Source: a phage
Sequence record: PZ496580.1
Direction: 5' to 3' (one strand)
DNA: 64,000 nt
Both the position numbers and the translations under genes were made by a program. Below, in pieces: positions 16,105 through 24,901 of this stretch. Every line of letters begins with the position of its first letter. Within the stretch, counting starts at the first letter, position 1. The notes under the pieces are model-generated. The model saw nothing but the letters and a program-made list of their open reading frames with translations. It made no database searches and had not been told where the DNA came from.

Positions 16105-17274
16105 TTACCAATCAATCTTATCAGCCGGAATCAGTTTCTTATAATTCCGTAGATAGTAAGTTTTCATTGAAGCCAGAATACGGTCATAATCAAGACCATC
16201 AAATGCAATCATCAGACACATGAAAATATATGCTTGTGCATCACCATGTTTACGTGATTCGATAGTCGCATTGGATGCATATGTCTTTCTGTCTTCTCCC
16301 GCGTGCGCGTTATAAAATTCTGTTGCTGTCGTAAAGGCATTGCGAAGAATGGACCTGAATGCTTCCTCGAATAGCTCGATTCGTTCCAGTGCTTCCGGTT
16401 CGCCTTCATATGCAGCACGCAAATCATCGGTTTCACTTTCTACGACATAGTAGATCAGGTTATTAGGAAACATCGATGTGTTTTTAATGTTATGCACACC
16501 AATATACCATTCACTCTTCACCTTGAACATTTGACCGTCTTTAGTGCGTGCAACAATTCCTTCGATACCTTCTGCGGTCCGAACTTCATCAAGAATATTG
16601 CTAAACCGCGCTGAATCAACCTGTAACGCGTTTACCAGATGAGGACGTAGGATTGCATCGGCGAATAGCATTTGATGCGGTACATACTCTCCTGTGACGT
16701 TATGGCGTACATTCAGAAGTGTTAGCGACGGTTCAGAATATTCTACAACAATTCGGTTGCTGGGTGCTGTATATTCAAAGTTGAAAGTATAATCAGATCC
16801 AATATCGGCGATCTTAGCGCGTAGATCCGCATACTTCTCGGAATACAGAAGACCGTTTGCTCTCTCTGCCTGGCTTGAGTACAAGGCCGCTTTAGACTTC
16901 AACTGAACATAGCCGTTATCAATGTATGTGCTTACTAGACTACCGTCCATTTTGTCCATGACCATTTCCACATCTTCCGGCTTAAAGCGAGCGCGATCAT
17001 TCTCACCTAAATTAAAAAACTTCTCCATAGGACGAGATGCAATGCGGACAGGTCGGTCTTTATCATCGATTTCAAACATGATCCCTCGACACTCTAACGC
17101 GTCTGGTTTATTCCACATTTCCGGTTTGCTCAAGTACAGATAACTAAAAATGCGCATACGGGTTTGCATCGCCGTAATTTCATCTTTGTAATAGAACGTA
17201 TCAGATCCGTTACATAGTGCCATCAGATTTTTGAACAATGCTAAAACTTTTTTGTTGTTTTCTTTTGTTGACAT
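16105..17274 (-). CDS. rnlA: RNA ligase 1
   Basis: 389 aa; ALECRGIMFE...PVRIASRPMEKFFNL...KMDGSLVSTY matches T4 Rnl1 including the catalytic Lys motif. Confidence 0.85.
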   Translation of the reverse strand: MSTKENNKKVLALFKNLMALCNGSDTFYYKDEITAMQTRMRIFSYLYLSKPEMWNKPDALECRGIMFEIDDKDRPVRIASRPMEKFFNLGENDRARFKPEDVEMVMDKMDGSLVSTYIDNGYVQLKSKAALYSSQAERANGLLYSEKYADLRAKIADIGSDYTFNFEYTAPSNRIVVEYSEPSLTLLNVRHNVTGEYVPHQMLFADAILRPHLVNALQVDSARFSNILDEVRTAEGIEGIVARTKDGQMFKVKSEWYIGVHNIKNTSMFPNNLIYYVVESETDDLRAAYEGEPEALERIELFEEAFRSILRNAFTTATEFYNAHAGEDRKTYASNATIESRKHGDAQAYIFMCLMIAFDGLDYDRILASMKTYYLRNYKKLIPADKIDW

Positions 17275-17671
17275 AATTTGTGTTCCATTCTGGTTTAAAT
17301 TTGGTGATCAAAACAGGTTCTTCGATATCGGCAGTGCTTATAATATCCTTACCCGTTGGATTCTCGATGTACAACTCAAAGCACTGGCGGTAATAGAATG
17401 TTACTGTCTTACCTTCCTCTAGCGCCTTATGAATATTCTTACTCTTGCGAGTATCCGCCGTTGGTGTTTGTCTGTTAATGCTAGTCCGGTAATAATTGAT
17501 CCGCTTTCTGAGATTAACAGTCTGACCAATGTATACCAGTTCATCATCAACCGCAATAGCGTAAAGAACATTTAAACGGTTCTTCTGAGGCGGTAGAATC
17601 ACATCACCATCTTTACACTCTAAACATGAATATTTAACGAATCCATAGTTTTCTATTAGCTCATTAATCAT
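17210..17671 (-). CDS. denA: GIY-YIG endonuclease II
   Basis: 153 aa; NVLYAIAVDDELVYIGQT..NLRKRINYYRT matches T4 DenA GIY-YIG core; C-terminus overlaps rnlA start. Confidence 0.7.
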   Translation of the reverse strand: MINELIENYGFVKYSCLECKDGDVILPPQKNRLNVLYAIAVDDELVYIGQTVNLRKRINYYRTSINRQTPTADTRKSKNIHKALEEGKTVTFYYRQCFELYIENPTGKDIISTADIEEPVLITKFKPEWNTNYVNKRKQQKSFSIVQKSDGTM

Positions 17672-17696
17672 TATCCTTTCCTCACGTCACAACAAA

Positions 17697-17716
17697 GGCG
17701 GGATTTCTCCCGCCCG
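17697..17716 (-). terminator. intrinsic terminator
   Basis: approx; GGCGGGA-loop-TCCCGCC then TTTGTTGT on minus strand. Confidence 0.4.
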
Positions 17717-17721
17717 CCTTA

Positions 17722-18120
17722 TTAACTTTCCAGAATATCTCGAGCTTCGTTACGCTCCTTGATGATTTTCAGGACAAATTCCAGTTTTTCTTTGTTCAGT
17801 GTTCCGTTTTCCATTGCTTCTTTGACGGTAAACACTCCGCCACCTTGCCCGTATACAGTGACAGTGATTTCACCTAACATCGTGGTATGAAAACCGCCAA
17901 TTTTCGGTGATTCGAAAGAAACAATTACCTCGCGGACAGTATTACCGTCGTTGATTTCTGAGAGGGTAATGTCGTTTTTGTAGGCGGTTGCTTTAACCAT
18001 ACGGATCAGCATAGTCTGATCTGGGGAGATGGTCATTTTGTCCATTGCATGTTGCAATGCAGCGTAACCGAAAACTTTAACGAAGTCCAGAACGTCTTTG
18101 CGAGTTTGAAATTTAATCAT
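17722..18120 (-). CDS. hypothetical protein (132 aa)
   Basis: ORF track; TAAGGAG SD. Confidence 0.45.
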   Translation of the reverse strand: MIKFQTRKDVLDFVKVFGYAALQHAMDKMTISPDQTMLIRMVKATAYKNDITLSEINDGNTVREVIVSFESPKIGGFHTTMLGEITVTVYGQGGGVFTVKEAMENGTLNKEKLEFVLKIIKERNEARDILES

Positions 18121-18161
18121 CTTGATACTCCTTAGTAAGTGTGTTTCGTTTCGATGGGGGT

Positions 18162-18190
18162 ATATTACTACCCCCGTTTCATGCTGTCAA
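18162..18190 (-). promoter_or_regulatory. sigma70-type early promoter cassette
   Basis: approx; TTGACA-17-TAATAT with GGGGGTAGTAATATACCCCC palindrome over -10. Confidence 0.45.
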
Positions 18191-18409
18191 CTACTTTTTA
18201 ATGACAAGTTCGAATTTTGCTACCTTACGTCCTCGTTTATTGAAAGCAACCCACGGACGGTTTTCAATGTAGAACAATTCTTCACCAATAATGAATACTG
18301 GCTGATTGTAAAGGCGACCCATCAGGTCACGCTGGCGAATGGTAGTAGATTCGTATACTTCGCCTACTACAAAGTGTTTGCTGATAGAGTCGGTGCAGAT
18401 AAATTTCAT
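18191..18409 (-). CDS. hypothetical protein, MK..C small-protein family
   Basis: 72 aa MKFICTDSI...; related ORFs at 20787..20954 and 45516..45722. Confidence 0.45.
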   Translation of the reverse strand: MKFICTDSISKHFVVGEVYESTTIRQRDLMGRLYNQPVFIIGEELFYIENRPWVAFNKRGRKVAKFELVIKK

Positions 18410-18442
18410 TTTGATTCTCCTTTGTTTCGTTTCGATGGGAGT

Positions 18443-18471
18443 ATCTTACTACCCCCGTTATTCAGTGTCAA
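18443..18471 (-). promoter_or_regulatory. sigma70-type early promoter cassette
   Basis: approx; TTGACA-17-TAAGAT. Confidence 0.45.
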
Positions 18472-18478
18472 CTACTTT

Positions 18479-18697
18479 TTACTTGTTGTATTCATTCCAC
18501 CATTGGGTTAACTTATCAATTATTTTTGTGTTTCTATCCAACTTATCCCACCGTTTTCGAGGGTTTATCAACCGGAATAGGTAAGGTGTACTTGTTAAGT
18601 GAACTCGGTCAATATAGTGATTGATGTACTGCTTTTCGATTCTAAGTTTCATCTTTTTACGATGAAAATATGCAATGACTTGTTCTTCTGTTTCCAT
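18479..18697 (-). CDS. hypothetical protein (72 aa)
   Basis: ORF track; GGAGG SD. Confidence 0.4.
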   Translation of the reverse strand: METEEQVIAYFHRKKMKLRIEKQYINHYIDRVHLTSTPYLFRLINPRKRWDKLDRNTKIIDKLTQWWNEYNK

Positions 18698-18721
18698 ATG
18701 TTCCTCCGTTTCGATGTGCGT

Positions 18722-18750
18722 ATTATGCTATGGCAAGATCCGATTGTCAA
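18722..18750 (-). promoter_or_regulatory. sigma70-type early promoter cassette
   Basis: approx; TTGACA-17-CATAAT. Confidence 0.45.
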
Positions 18751-18797
18751 CACCCAATAACAAAAAAGTCGCCACTATGGGCGACTTTGAACAAACA

Positions 18798-19274
18798 TTA
18801 ATCATGACCGTGATTTGCAATATCCGCTCGCGTCTTATCTTTGTGATTTCCTACGTCAAAGACACGATAACCATTTTCACGCAAAACTTTAATCACTTCT
18901 GGGTTATCCTCAAAGACTCCCACCACTTCATCTTTATCAAAGGATTTAATTACCTCTAATTTGATGTGATAGTCTTTACGAGAATCGGTACGGCCTCTCA
19001 TAAAGATTTTATCAAAACACACCCCGTTAGAAATTAACCAATCAATTGTTTCCATGTAAGCATGTGAACTTCGTCCGGTGAGGATGTAAATCAAATGCCC
19101 GTTGTCGGAAAGAGCATTAATAACACGAATTACATCGTAAATGGGGGAATCTCCCCCACATGCCTTGTTATATTCGATCCATGACTCGACTTTATCAAGA
19201 TTTTCGGTTGGCATCTTTGCTAGTCGATGTGTTGGATCTGTGATCGTAAAATCTAAATCGACAAAATATATCAT
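18798..19274 (-). CDS. HAD-superfamily phosphatase
   Basis: 158 aa; N-terminal DLDFT (DxDxT) motif and GNHKD-type downstream motifs. Confidence 0.5.
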   Translation of the reverse strand: MIYFVDLDFTITDPTHRLAKMPTENLDKVESWIEYNKACGGDSPIYDVIRVINALSDNGHLIYILTGRSSHAYMETIDWLISNGVCFDKIFMRGRTDSRKDYHIKLEVIKSFDKDEVVGVFEDNPEVIKVLRENGYRVFDVGNHKDKTRADIANHGHD

Positions 19275-20431
19275 AGATATTTCCCGAATCGGTTGTAGTC
19301 ATCGTCTGTTAAATCGGTATTAACCTGAGATACCAGATACATGATCTCTACTTCTTGCGCCGCGTTTTGAACTTCGTCAGAGTTTAACCACTTACGCATC
19401 CACGGTAAAGGATGACGACGAACACTAAACGGGCTTTTCAGTCCGGCAGCACGCATACGGGAATCTGCCAAATATTCTACATAGGTTTTCAGAATTTCCG
19501 GTGATAGGTTAGGAATTGCCCCCATTGCGAATAGGTGGTCTACCCATTCTTTTTCTTGCTCGACAACATCCAGAAAGATTTTCGTTGCTTCGTCTTCAAG
19601 TTCTTCCGCAATCTGTTTCCACTCATCACCATCAGCCCCCGTTTGCCATTGACGAATAATGTATTGTGTGCCTTTTAAGTGAAGTTGTTCATCACGCGCA
19701 ATAAATTTCATGATCTTCGCGTTACCTTCCAGTAAACCACGTTCGGCAAAGCTGAAAGTACATGCAAAGGACACATAAAAACGGATTGCTTCCAGTGCAT
19801 TAACGCAGTGTGCACACAGATAAATCGAAGCCATCAGATCTCGTTTTGTATCTTCAAAAAATCTTCTTGCATCATCTAATGCTGTCTGGTCGTCTCGTTC
19901 TTCCCAATAGCGGAGATCTTCTTTTGCATTCTCATACTTACGAATCCAATAGAGAACATCATCATAATATTGCCCGATAGATTCCGCTCGCTTCATGATA
20001 GCAGGGTTATCGATGATCTGGTCAAACTCACTAGCCGGATCAATGAAACAGTTACGCATGATGTGTGTATAGCTTCGGCTATGAATCGTTTCGCTGAATG
20101 TCCATGTTTGCAACCATGTATCAAGAGTTGGATCAGATACAATTGGACCAAATGCTGCGGACGGTGCGCGACCTTGAATAGAATCAAGTAATGTCTGATA
20201 CTTCAAGTTTTCTGTAAAGAAACGTTTTTCAACATCGCCCATATTCAGATATTGAATGCGGTCGGTTGCAAGTGAAATCTCTTCTGGACGCCAGAAAAAT
20301 GACAATTGCTTTTCGATCAGTTCTTCAAATACTTGATGACGCTGAATATCATAGCGAGCGATACCCAACCCACTACCCAGAAACATCGGTTCGTTCATAA
20401 TATCAACATGTTCGCGGTTAAATACGCTCAT
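19271..20431 (-). CDS. nrdB: ribonucleotide reductase beta subunit
   Basis: 386 aa (T4 NrdB ~388); ferritin-like fold motifs; ORF uninterrupted (no intron). Confidence 0.85.
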   Translation of the reverse strand: MSVFNREHVDIMNEPMFLGSGLGIARYDIQRHQVFEELIEKQLSFFWRPEEISLATDRIQYLNMGDVEKRFFTENLKYQTLLDSIQGRAPSAAFGPIVSDPTLDTWLQTWTFSETIHSRSYTHIMRNCFIDPASEFDQIIDNPAIMKRAESIGQYYDDVLYWIRKYENAKEDLRYWEERDDQTALDDARRFFEDTKRDLMASIYLCAHCVNALEAIRFYVSFACTFSFAERGLLEGNAKIMKFIARDEQLHLKGTQYIIRQWQTGADGDEWKQIAEELEDEATKIFLDVVEQEKEWVDHLFAMGAIPNLSPEILKTYVEYLADSRMRAAGLKSPFSVRRHPLPWMRKWLNSDEVQNAAQEVEIMYLVSQVNTDLTDDDYNRFGKYL

Positions 20432-20446
20432 TAATTCACCTCACTA

Positions 20447-20614
20447 TCACTTTTTAACACAAAAGAACTTAGTATTTCTGTTTATTTCGTTATCCTGTTG
20501 CAATTCCTGCACGGCTTCAAAACAACTTTGATGTGATGAAAACTCCACGCTGGTAACAGTTCCTTTATTATATGATCCTACGCTAACGGAAAGCAATAAC
20601 CATATTGTAGCCAT
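20447..20614 (-). CDS. hypothetical small hydrophobic-N-terminus protein (55 aa)
   Basis: MATIWLLLSVSVGSYNKG...; TAATG coupling to upstream paralog; below ORF-track cutoff. Confidence 0.35.
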   Translation of the reverse strand: MATIWLLLSVSVGSYNKGTVTSVEFSSHQSCFEAVQELQQDNEINRNTKFFCVKK

Positions 20615-20787
20615 TAGTTCACCTTCTGCTTTTCAATGCAATACAGATTCATAAAGCGTTTATTGTCTTCGCGGATAATCTCGCGAGCTTTAACGCAATC
20701 CTGCTTTGTTGCAAATTCAATGCTTGACATATTTCCGTAATTATACATTGAATTGCTTATTGCAATCAATAACCATACAGTAGCCAT
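20614..20787 (-). CDS. hypothetical small hydrophobic-N-terminus protein (57 aa)
   Basis: MATVWLLIAISNSMYNYG...; TAATG coupling with gene above; paralog of 20447..20614. Confidence 0.35.
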   Translation of the reverse strand: MATVWLLIAISNSMYNYGNMSSIEFATKQDCVKAREIIREDNKRFMNLYCIEKQKVN

Positions 20788-20954
20788 TATCCGACAACCT
20801 CAAAACATTTATCATCAGGAAGAATAGCCCATTCTACGCCGTATTCATCCTCAACGTAGTAGCAAGTCCCATCATGTCGAGCATCATATACATCACCGAC
20901 AACAAAGCTATCAGCTAGTTCAAAATCTACAGCAACACATTTTAATTTGGTCAT
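20787..20954 (-). CDS. hypothetical protein, MK..C small-protein family
   Basis: track ORF trimmed to MTKLKCVAVDF (promoter sits in the discarded part). Confidence 0.4.
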   Translation of the reverse strand: MTKLKCVAVDFELADSFVVGDVYDARHDGTCYYVEDEYGVEWAILPDDKCFEVVG

Positions 20955-20985
20955 AATAAAATCCTCACTTGTTTTTGATGGTTGA

Positions 20986-21014
20986 ATTATAGCGGGGATT
21001 TCTCCCCGCGTCAA
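20986..21014 (-). promoter_or_regulatory. sigma70-type early promoter with hairpin in spacer
   Basis: approx; TTGACG-17-TATAAT, spacer GCGGGGAGAAATCCCCGC doubles as terminator-like hairpin after nrdA. Confidence 0.5.
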
Positions 21015-21022
21015 CACTTATT

Positions 21023-23266
21023 TTACAGTTTACAAGATGAACATTCACTAGAGTCTTCCGTACCATCAGCACCATCACGCACGTTAGCGTAATACAGTGT
21101 CTTGAGGCCGTAATATTGAGCAAACAACATATCATCTAATACATCAGCAATATCGACTTTACCAGTCTTATAAGTGCTTGGATCATAGGATGTGTTGGAA
21201 CTAATCGCCTGATCTACAAACTTCTGCATGATCGCTGCCAGTGTCAGATAAGGCTTGTTACCTTTCTTGATCAGTGTCCAAAGCAGGTCAATAACATCAG
21301 CATTATTCTCTACGTTCGGAATAACCTGATTAAATTGCCCTTCTTTCGATCCTTTAACCGATACAATCCCGCGAGGCGGTTCAATACCGTTTGTGCTGTT
21401 AGATACCTGAGAAGACGACTCACAAGGCATCAGAGCCGAAAGCGTACTGTTACGAATGCCATATTTTTTCAGGTCTTCGCGCAGTTCCTCCCAATCCATC
21501 TCATACACCGGATCAACCAGTTCATCTACTGTCTTTTTGTACCAGTCGATAGGAAGTTCACCGCGACCATAACGTGTTTCGTGCATCAGTTCGCAAGCAC
21601 CCTTCTCTTTAGCCAGTTGCACACTAGCCTTAATCAGAGCATATTGCAAGCGTTCAAACGTTTTATGCGTAAACTCGTTAGCGTCTTCATATGTGAAGAA
21701 ATTATCCGCGAGATACGATGCAAAGTTAGTCACACCAACACCCAGAGATCGACGTTTTTTGGCTGTCAGAGCTTGTTCTACAGGATAATCCTGGTAATCT
21801 AACAAGTTGTCAAGTGCACGCACCATAACCATAGCAATGCGTTCTACTTCTTCCATATTTTCGATATCGAAATTACCTAAAACATATGCTGCCAAAGTAC
21901 ATAGGCTGATCTCTGAATCATCACGACCCATCGGTTTAGTAGGCAGTGCAATTTCACAACACAGGTTAGATTGTTTAATCGGTGCTACATTACGAATAAA
22001 CGCCCCGTGATTGTTCATGTTGTCTGTGAACGCTGGATAGATTCGACCAGTGTTAAAACGTTCAATTGCCACCGCTAAAAACAGGTCTTCGGCTTTAACA
22101 CGAGTTTTACGAACACTCGGATCTTTTTCCAGTTTTTCGTAAAGCTGGCGGAAACCTTCCTCATCTCGGAAGTACAGATCCCACAACAAGCCACCTGCAA
22201 CATCTGGACTAAACAGAGTAATGTAATCCCGTTTAAGGAATCGCTCTACCATCAGGTTATTAATCTGTACGCCGTAATCAAGATGGCGAATGCGGTTATC
22301 TTCTACCCCTTTGTTGTTCTTCAACACAATAAGACTTTCAAACTCTAAATGCCACATTGGGTAATAGAGAGTCGCCGCCCCGCCACGAATACCGCCTTGT
22401 GAGCATGACTTAACGGCAGTCTGAAAATGTTTCCAGAATGGGATAACGCCAGTATGACGAACTTCACCATGCCCGATCTTAGATCCTTCCGCGCGAATCA
22501 TGCCAGCGTTGATACCGATGCCAGCACGCTTACTAATATACTTGATGATTGCATTTGCTGTTTCGTTGATGCCCTGCAATGAGTCATCAGATTCGATCAC
22601 CACACACGAACTAAATTGGCGTGTTGGAGTACGCACACCAGCCATAATCGGAGTAGGAAGAGAAATTTGCTTATTAGCAACAGCATTATAAAAATCAATC
22701 ACATGTTCAAGTCGATTTTCTGTCTCTTCTTGATGTAAACACATACCGATCAGCATATACGCAAATTGCGGTGTTTCGATGATTTTCTTAGTGCTGCGAT
22801 CCTGAACAAGATATTTCTCTTTTAATTGCATCGCACCAGCATAGGTCATTTTAAAATCAAGTTTATGATCGATGAATTTCTCCAGATATTCCACTTCTTC
22901 ACGGGAATACTTTTGCAGAATTTCACGATCATATTTTCCGGTTGCAATATTACGCTCAATGTGGCTATAAAAATCAATAGGTTGGAATTGACCGTATACT
23001 GATTTACGAAGCGCGAACATTGCAAGGTTACTTGCTACATATTGATAATCTGGTGTTTCTACAGTAATGTTATCTGCTGCGACCTTAATCAATACTTTCT
23101 GGATATCATTGGTAGACATACCTTCTGTCAGAAGTGGTTCAACCATATCAAACAATTCATATGGATCAACGTTATGACCTTCGGCTGCCGCTTCCAGAAT
23201 TTTCATTACTTTTTCTTTTTCAAACGGAACAGTCAGACCGGAAGACTTAACAACATTTTTAATCAT
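21023..23266 (-). CDS. nrdA: ribonucleotide reductase alpha subunit
   Basis: 747 aa (T4 NrdA ~754); ATP-cone N-terminus, catalytic NLCCEI and C-terminal CSSCKL-type tail. Confidence 0.9.
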   Translation of the reverse strand: MIKNVVKSSGLTVPFEKEKVMKILEAAAEGHNVDPYELFDMVEPLLTEGMSTNDIQKVLIKVAADNITVETPDYQYVASNLAMFALRKSVYGQFQPIDFYSHIERNIATGKYDREILQKYSREEVEYLEKFIDHKLDFKMTYAGAMQLKEKYLVQDRSTKKIIETPQFAYMLIGMCLHQEETENRLEHVIDFYNAVANKQISLPTPIMAGVRTPTRQFSSCVVIESDDSLQGINETANAIIKYISKRAGIGINAGMIRAEGSKIGHGEVRHTGVIPFWKHFQTAVKSCSQGGIRGGAATLYYPMWHLEFESLIVLKNNKGVEDNRIRHLDYGVQINNLMVERFLKRDYITLFSPDVAGGLLWDLYFRDEEGFRQLYEKLEKDPSVRKTRVKAEDLFLAVAIERFNTGRIYPAFTDNMNNHGAFIRNVAPIKQSNLCCEIALPTKPMGRDDSEISLCTLAAYVLGNFDIENMEEVERIAMVMVRALDNLLDYQDYPVEQALTAKKRRSLGVGVTNFASYLADNFFTYEDANEFTHKTFERLQYALIKASVQLAKEKGACELMHETRYGRGELPIDWYKKTVDELVDPVYEMDWEELREDLKKYGIRNSTLSALMPCESSSQVSNSTNGIEPPRGIVSVKGSKEGQFNQVIPNVENNADVIDLLWTLIKKGNKPYLTLAAIMQKFVDQAISSNTSYDPSTYKTGKVDIADVLDDMLFAQYYGLKTLYYANVRDGADGTEDSSECSSCKL

Positions 23267-23313
23267 ATTACCTCACTTCATATTTTAGCAGGAACAAGTT
23301 TATCCTCCATAAC

Positions 23314-23330
23314 GGGGGCTTTCGCCCCCT
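23314..23330 (-). other. GC-rich hairpin in td-nrdA spacer
   Basis: approx; GGGGGC-TTTC-GCCCCC, no clear U-tract on minus strand. Confidence 0.3.
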
Positions 23331-23334
23331 TTGT

Positions 23335-24567
23335 TTATACTGCCATTTGAGCGGTGATTGCTGGATGGCTTTGATAGTTGTGAATTTTAAAGTCTTTCGG
23401 AGTCTTTGTCAATACCTCATCTAAAGATTTAAATTCCGGCAACTCGATTGTTGGTTTATCAAACGGAACACGGCTTAACTGTTCCATAACTTGATCAAAA
23501 TGGTTTTTGTAAATGTGAGTATCTCCACCAGAGAAAATCAGTTCTCCTACCTCAAGATCACACATTTTCGCTATGATGTGAGTTAACAGCGCATAGCTGG
23601 CAACATTAAAGGGCAAGCCCAAAAAGCTGTCTACGCTTCGCTGAAACCACATACAAGACAGTTTACCTTCATTGACATAGAATTGTACGAACGGATGACA
23701 TACACCCAATACAGCATTATGTGTTCCTTGTACGTTCCATGAGTCAATGATGATACGTCGATCCGTTGGATTGTTTTTAATTTGTTCAATCACGTTTTGT
23801 AACTGGTCTTCCCAAATCTTCGGGCGATAGACATATTCTTCATCGTCTTTAGTGCTCGATGTGTCTACGTCCATACTAGCAAAGATCGTGGTATCTGGCG
23901 CTAAAATATCCCCGCCCAGATAATCACTATCAAGCAGATAACCGAAATAACCATCATCTACCCATTCCTGGAATCCCCACAAGCAATATGCATCATTAAC
24001 AAAATTAGATTGAGTCTTCCAGTGGTCTGCTACTAAGAATAGATTATATTCAGAATCAAACTCTTCATAACGCATACCACGCCAGATAGCACATAAACGG
24101 TCTTCTGTTTCATTGGTTGGCGTAAAGTCTTCTACCCACGGGTGCTTAAATGTATGTGTATATTTGCTCTTAACGCGCTTAATTTTGATTTCACCGTGTG
24201 GATGAATCGGTTTGCGTCGCCACGCCATACCATACATATTGCCGACATTATAACCATTGAATCGCAAAGGATTCTTTTCTTTCATATCAAGACAGTTGCC
24301 GCGCCAAATGTCGAAGGCTTCTTCGTCAAACTGACCGCGTGTAATTTCCTGTAAGCGACGGCGGTCAAGTGATCCCTCCATAAACCATAGCAACTCGCCA
24401 ATTACAGAGGCTGTAGCCATCTTTTTAGTGGTCAGTAATGGGAAACCCTTGTTTAAATCGATTCGCATCTCTGCGCCGAATTTAGAGAGCGTACCTACCC
24501 CCGTGCGGTCTTCACGAGGCCAGCCATTATCAAGAACATCACGCAACAGTTTCAAATATTCTTTCAT
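23335..24567 (-). CDS. td: thymidylate synthase with large internal insertion
   Basis: 410 aa; ThyA motifs (DRTGVGT, CHPFVQFYV, GLPFNVASYALL, GGDTHIYKNH) flank a ~130-aa in-frame insert after the YGMAWR segment. Confidence 0.8.
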   Translation of the reverse strand: MKEYLKLLRDVLDNGWPREDRTGVGTLSKFGAEMRIDLNKGFPLLTTKKMATASVIGELLWFMEGSLDRRRLQEITRGQFDEEAFDIWRGNCLDMKEKNPLRFNGYNVGNMYGMAWRRKPIHPHGEIKIKRVKSKYTHTFKHPWVEDFTPTNETEDRLCAIWRGMRYEEFDSEYNLFLVADHWKTQSNFVNDAYCLWGFQEWVDDGYFGYLLDSDYLGGDILAPDTTIFASMDVDTSSTKDDEEYVYRPKIWEDQLQNVIEQIKNNPTDRRIIIDSWNVQGTHNAVLGVCHPFVQFYVNEGKLSCMWFQRSVDSFLGLPFNVASYALLTHIIAKMCDLEVGELIFSGGDTHIYKNHFDQVMEQLSRVPFDKPTIELPEFKSLDEVLTKTPKDFKIHNYQSHPAITAQMAV

Positions 24568-24835
24568 CCCACATCACCTTTTTCTTGTTGATTGCTTTCT
24601 TACGCAGTTTTGCTACTGTCTCGTCAATATTGATAAAGACAACGCCCGGATCGAATACAGTAACAGGTCTTGAAATATCGCTATTTTCCTGTACTGGAAG
24701 CCATGATGCTTTAGCTTCATCATAGAGATATTGTAAACCGTAATAATCTACGGCTACTGCGTAGTTTTCACTGGTAGCTGACCATAATTGAATAATGGTT
24801 ATTTTCATTATTGTTCCCGTCCACAATGTAAACAC
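24539..24835 (-). CDS. hypothetical protein (start uncertain)
   Basis: ORF track; overlaps td start; likely internal start MKITIIQ. Confidence 0.35.
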   Translation of the reverse strand: MFTLWTGTIMKITIIQLWSATSENYAVAVDYYGLQYLYDEAKASWLPVQENSDISRPVTVFDPGVVFINIDETVAKLRKKAINKKKVMWDERIFETVA

Positions 24836-24901
24836 CGACTACCAGCAAACATCAAAGATTCACCACAATGTTTGCACTCATAATCTGTCAGAATTTTCAT
24901 G

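Noticed and set aside
21335-21802. Plus-strand ORFs inside nrdA, td, frd and gene 32 (e.g. 21335..21802, 24428..24673, 26222..26674, 26707..27309)
   Set aside because: Antisense to strongly supported conserved genes; compositional artefacts
23314-23330. Intrinsic terminator between td and nrdA
   Set aside because: Strong GC hairpin but no U-tract on the transcribed (minus) strand; kept only as an unclassified hairpin
19271-24567. Group I introns with intron-encoded homing endonucleases in td and nrdB (as in T4)
   Set aside because: Both reading frames are continuous; the extra length in td is translated in frame and nrdB has T4-like length, so no intron is evident
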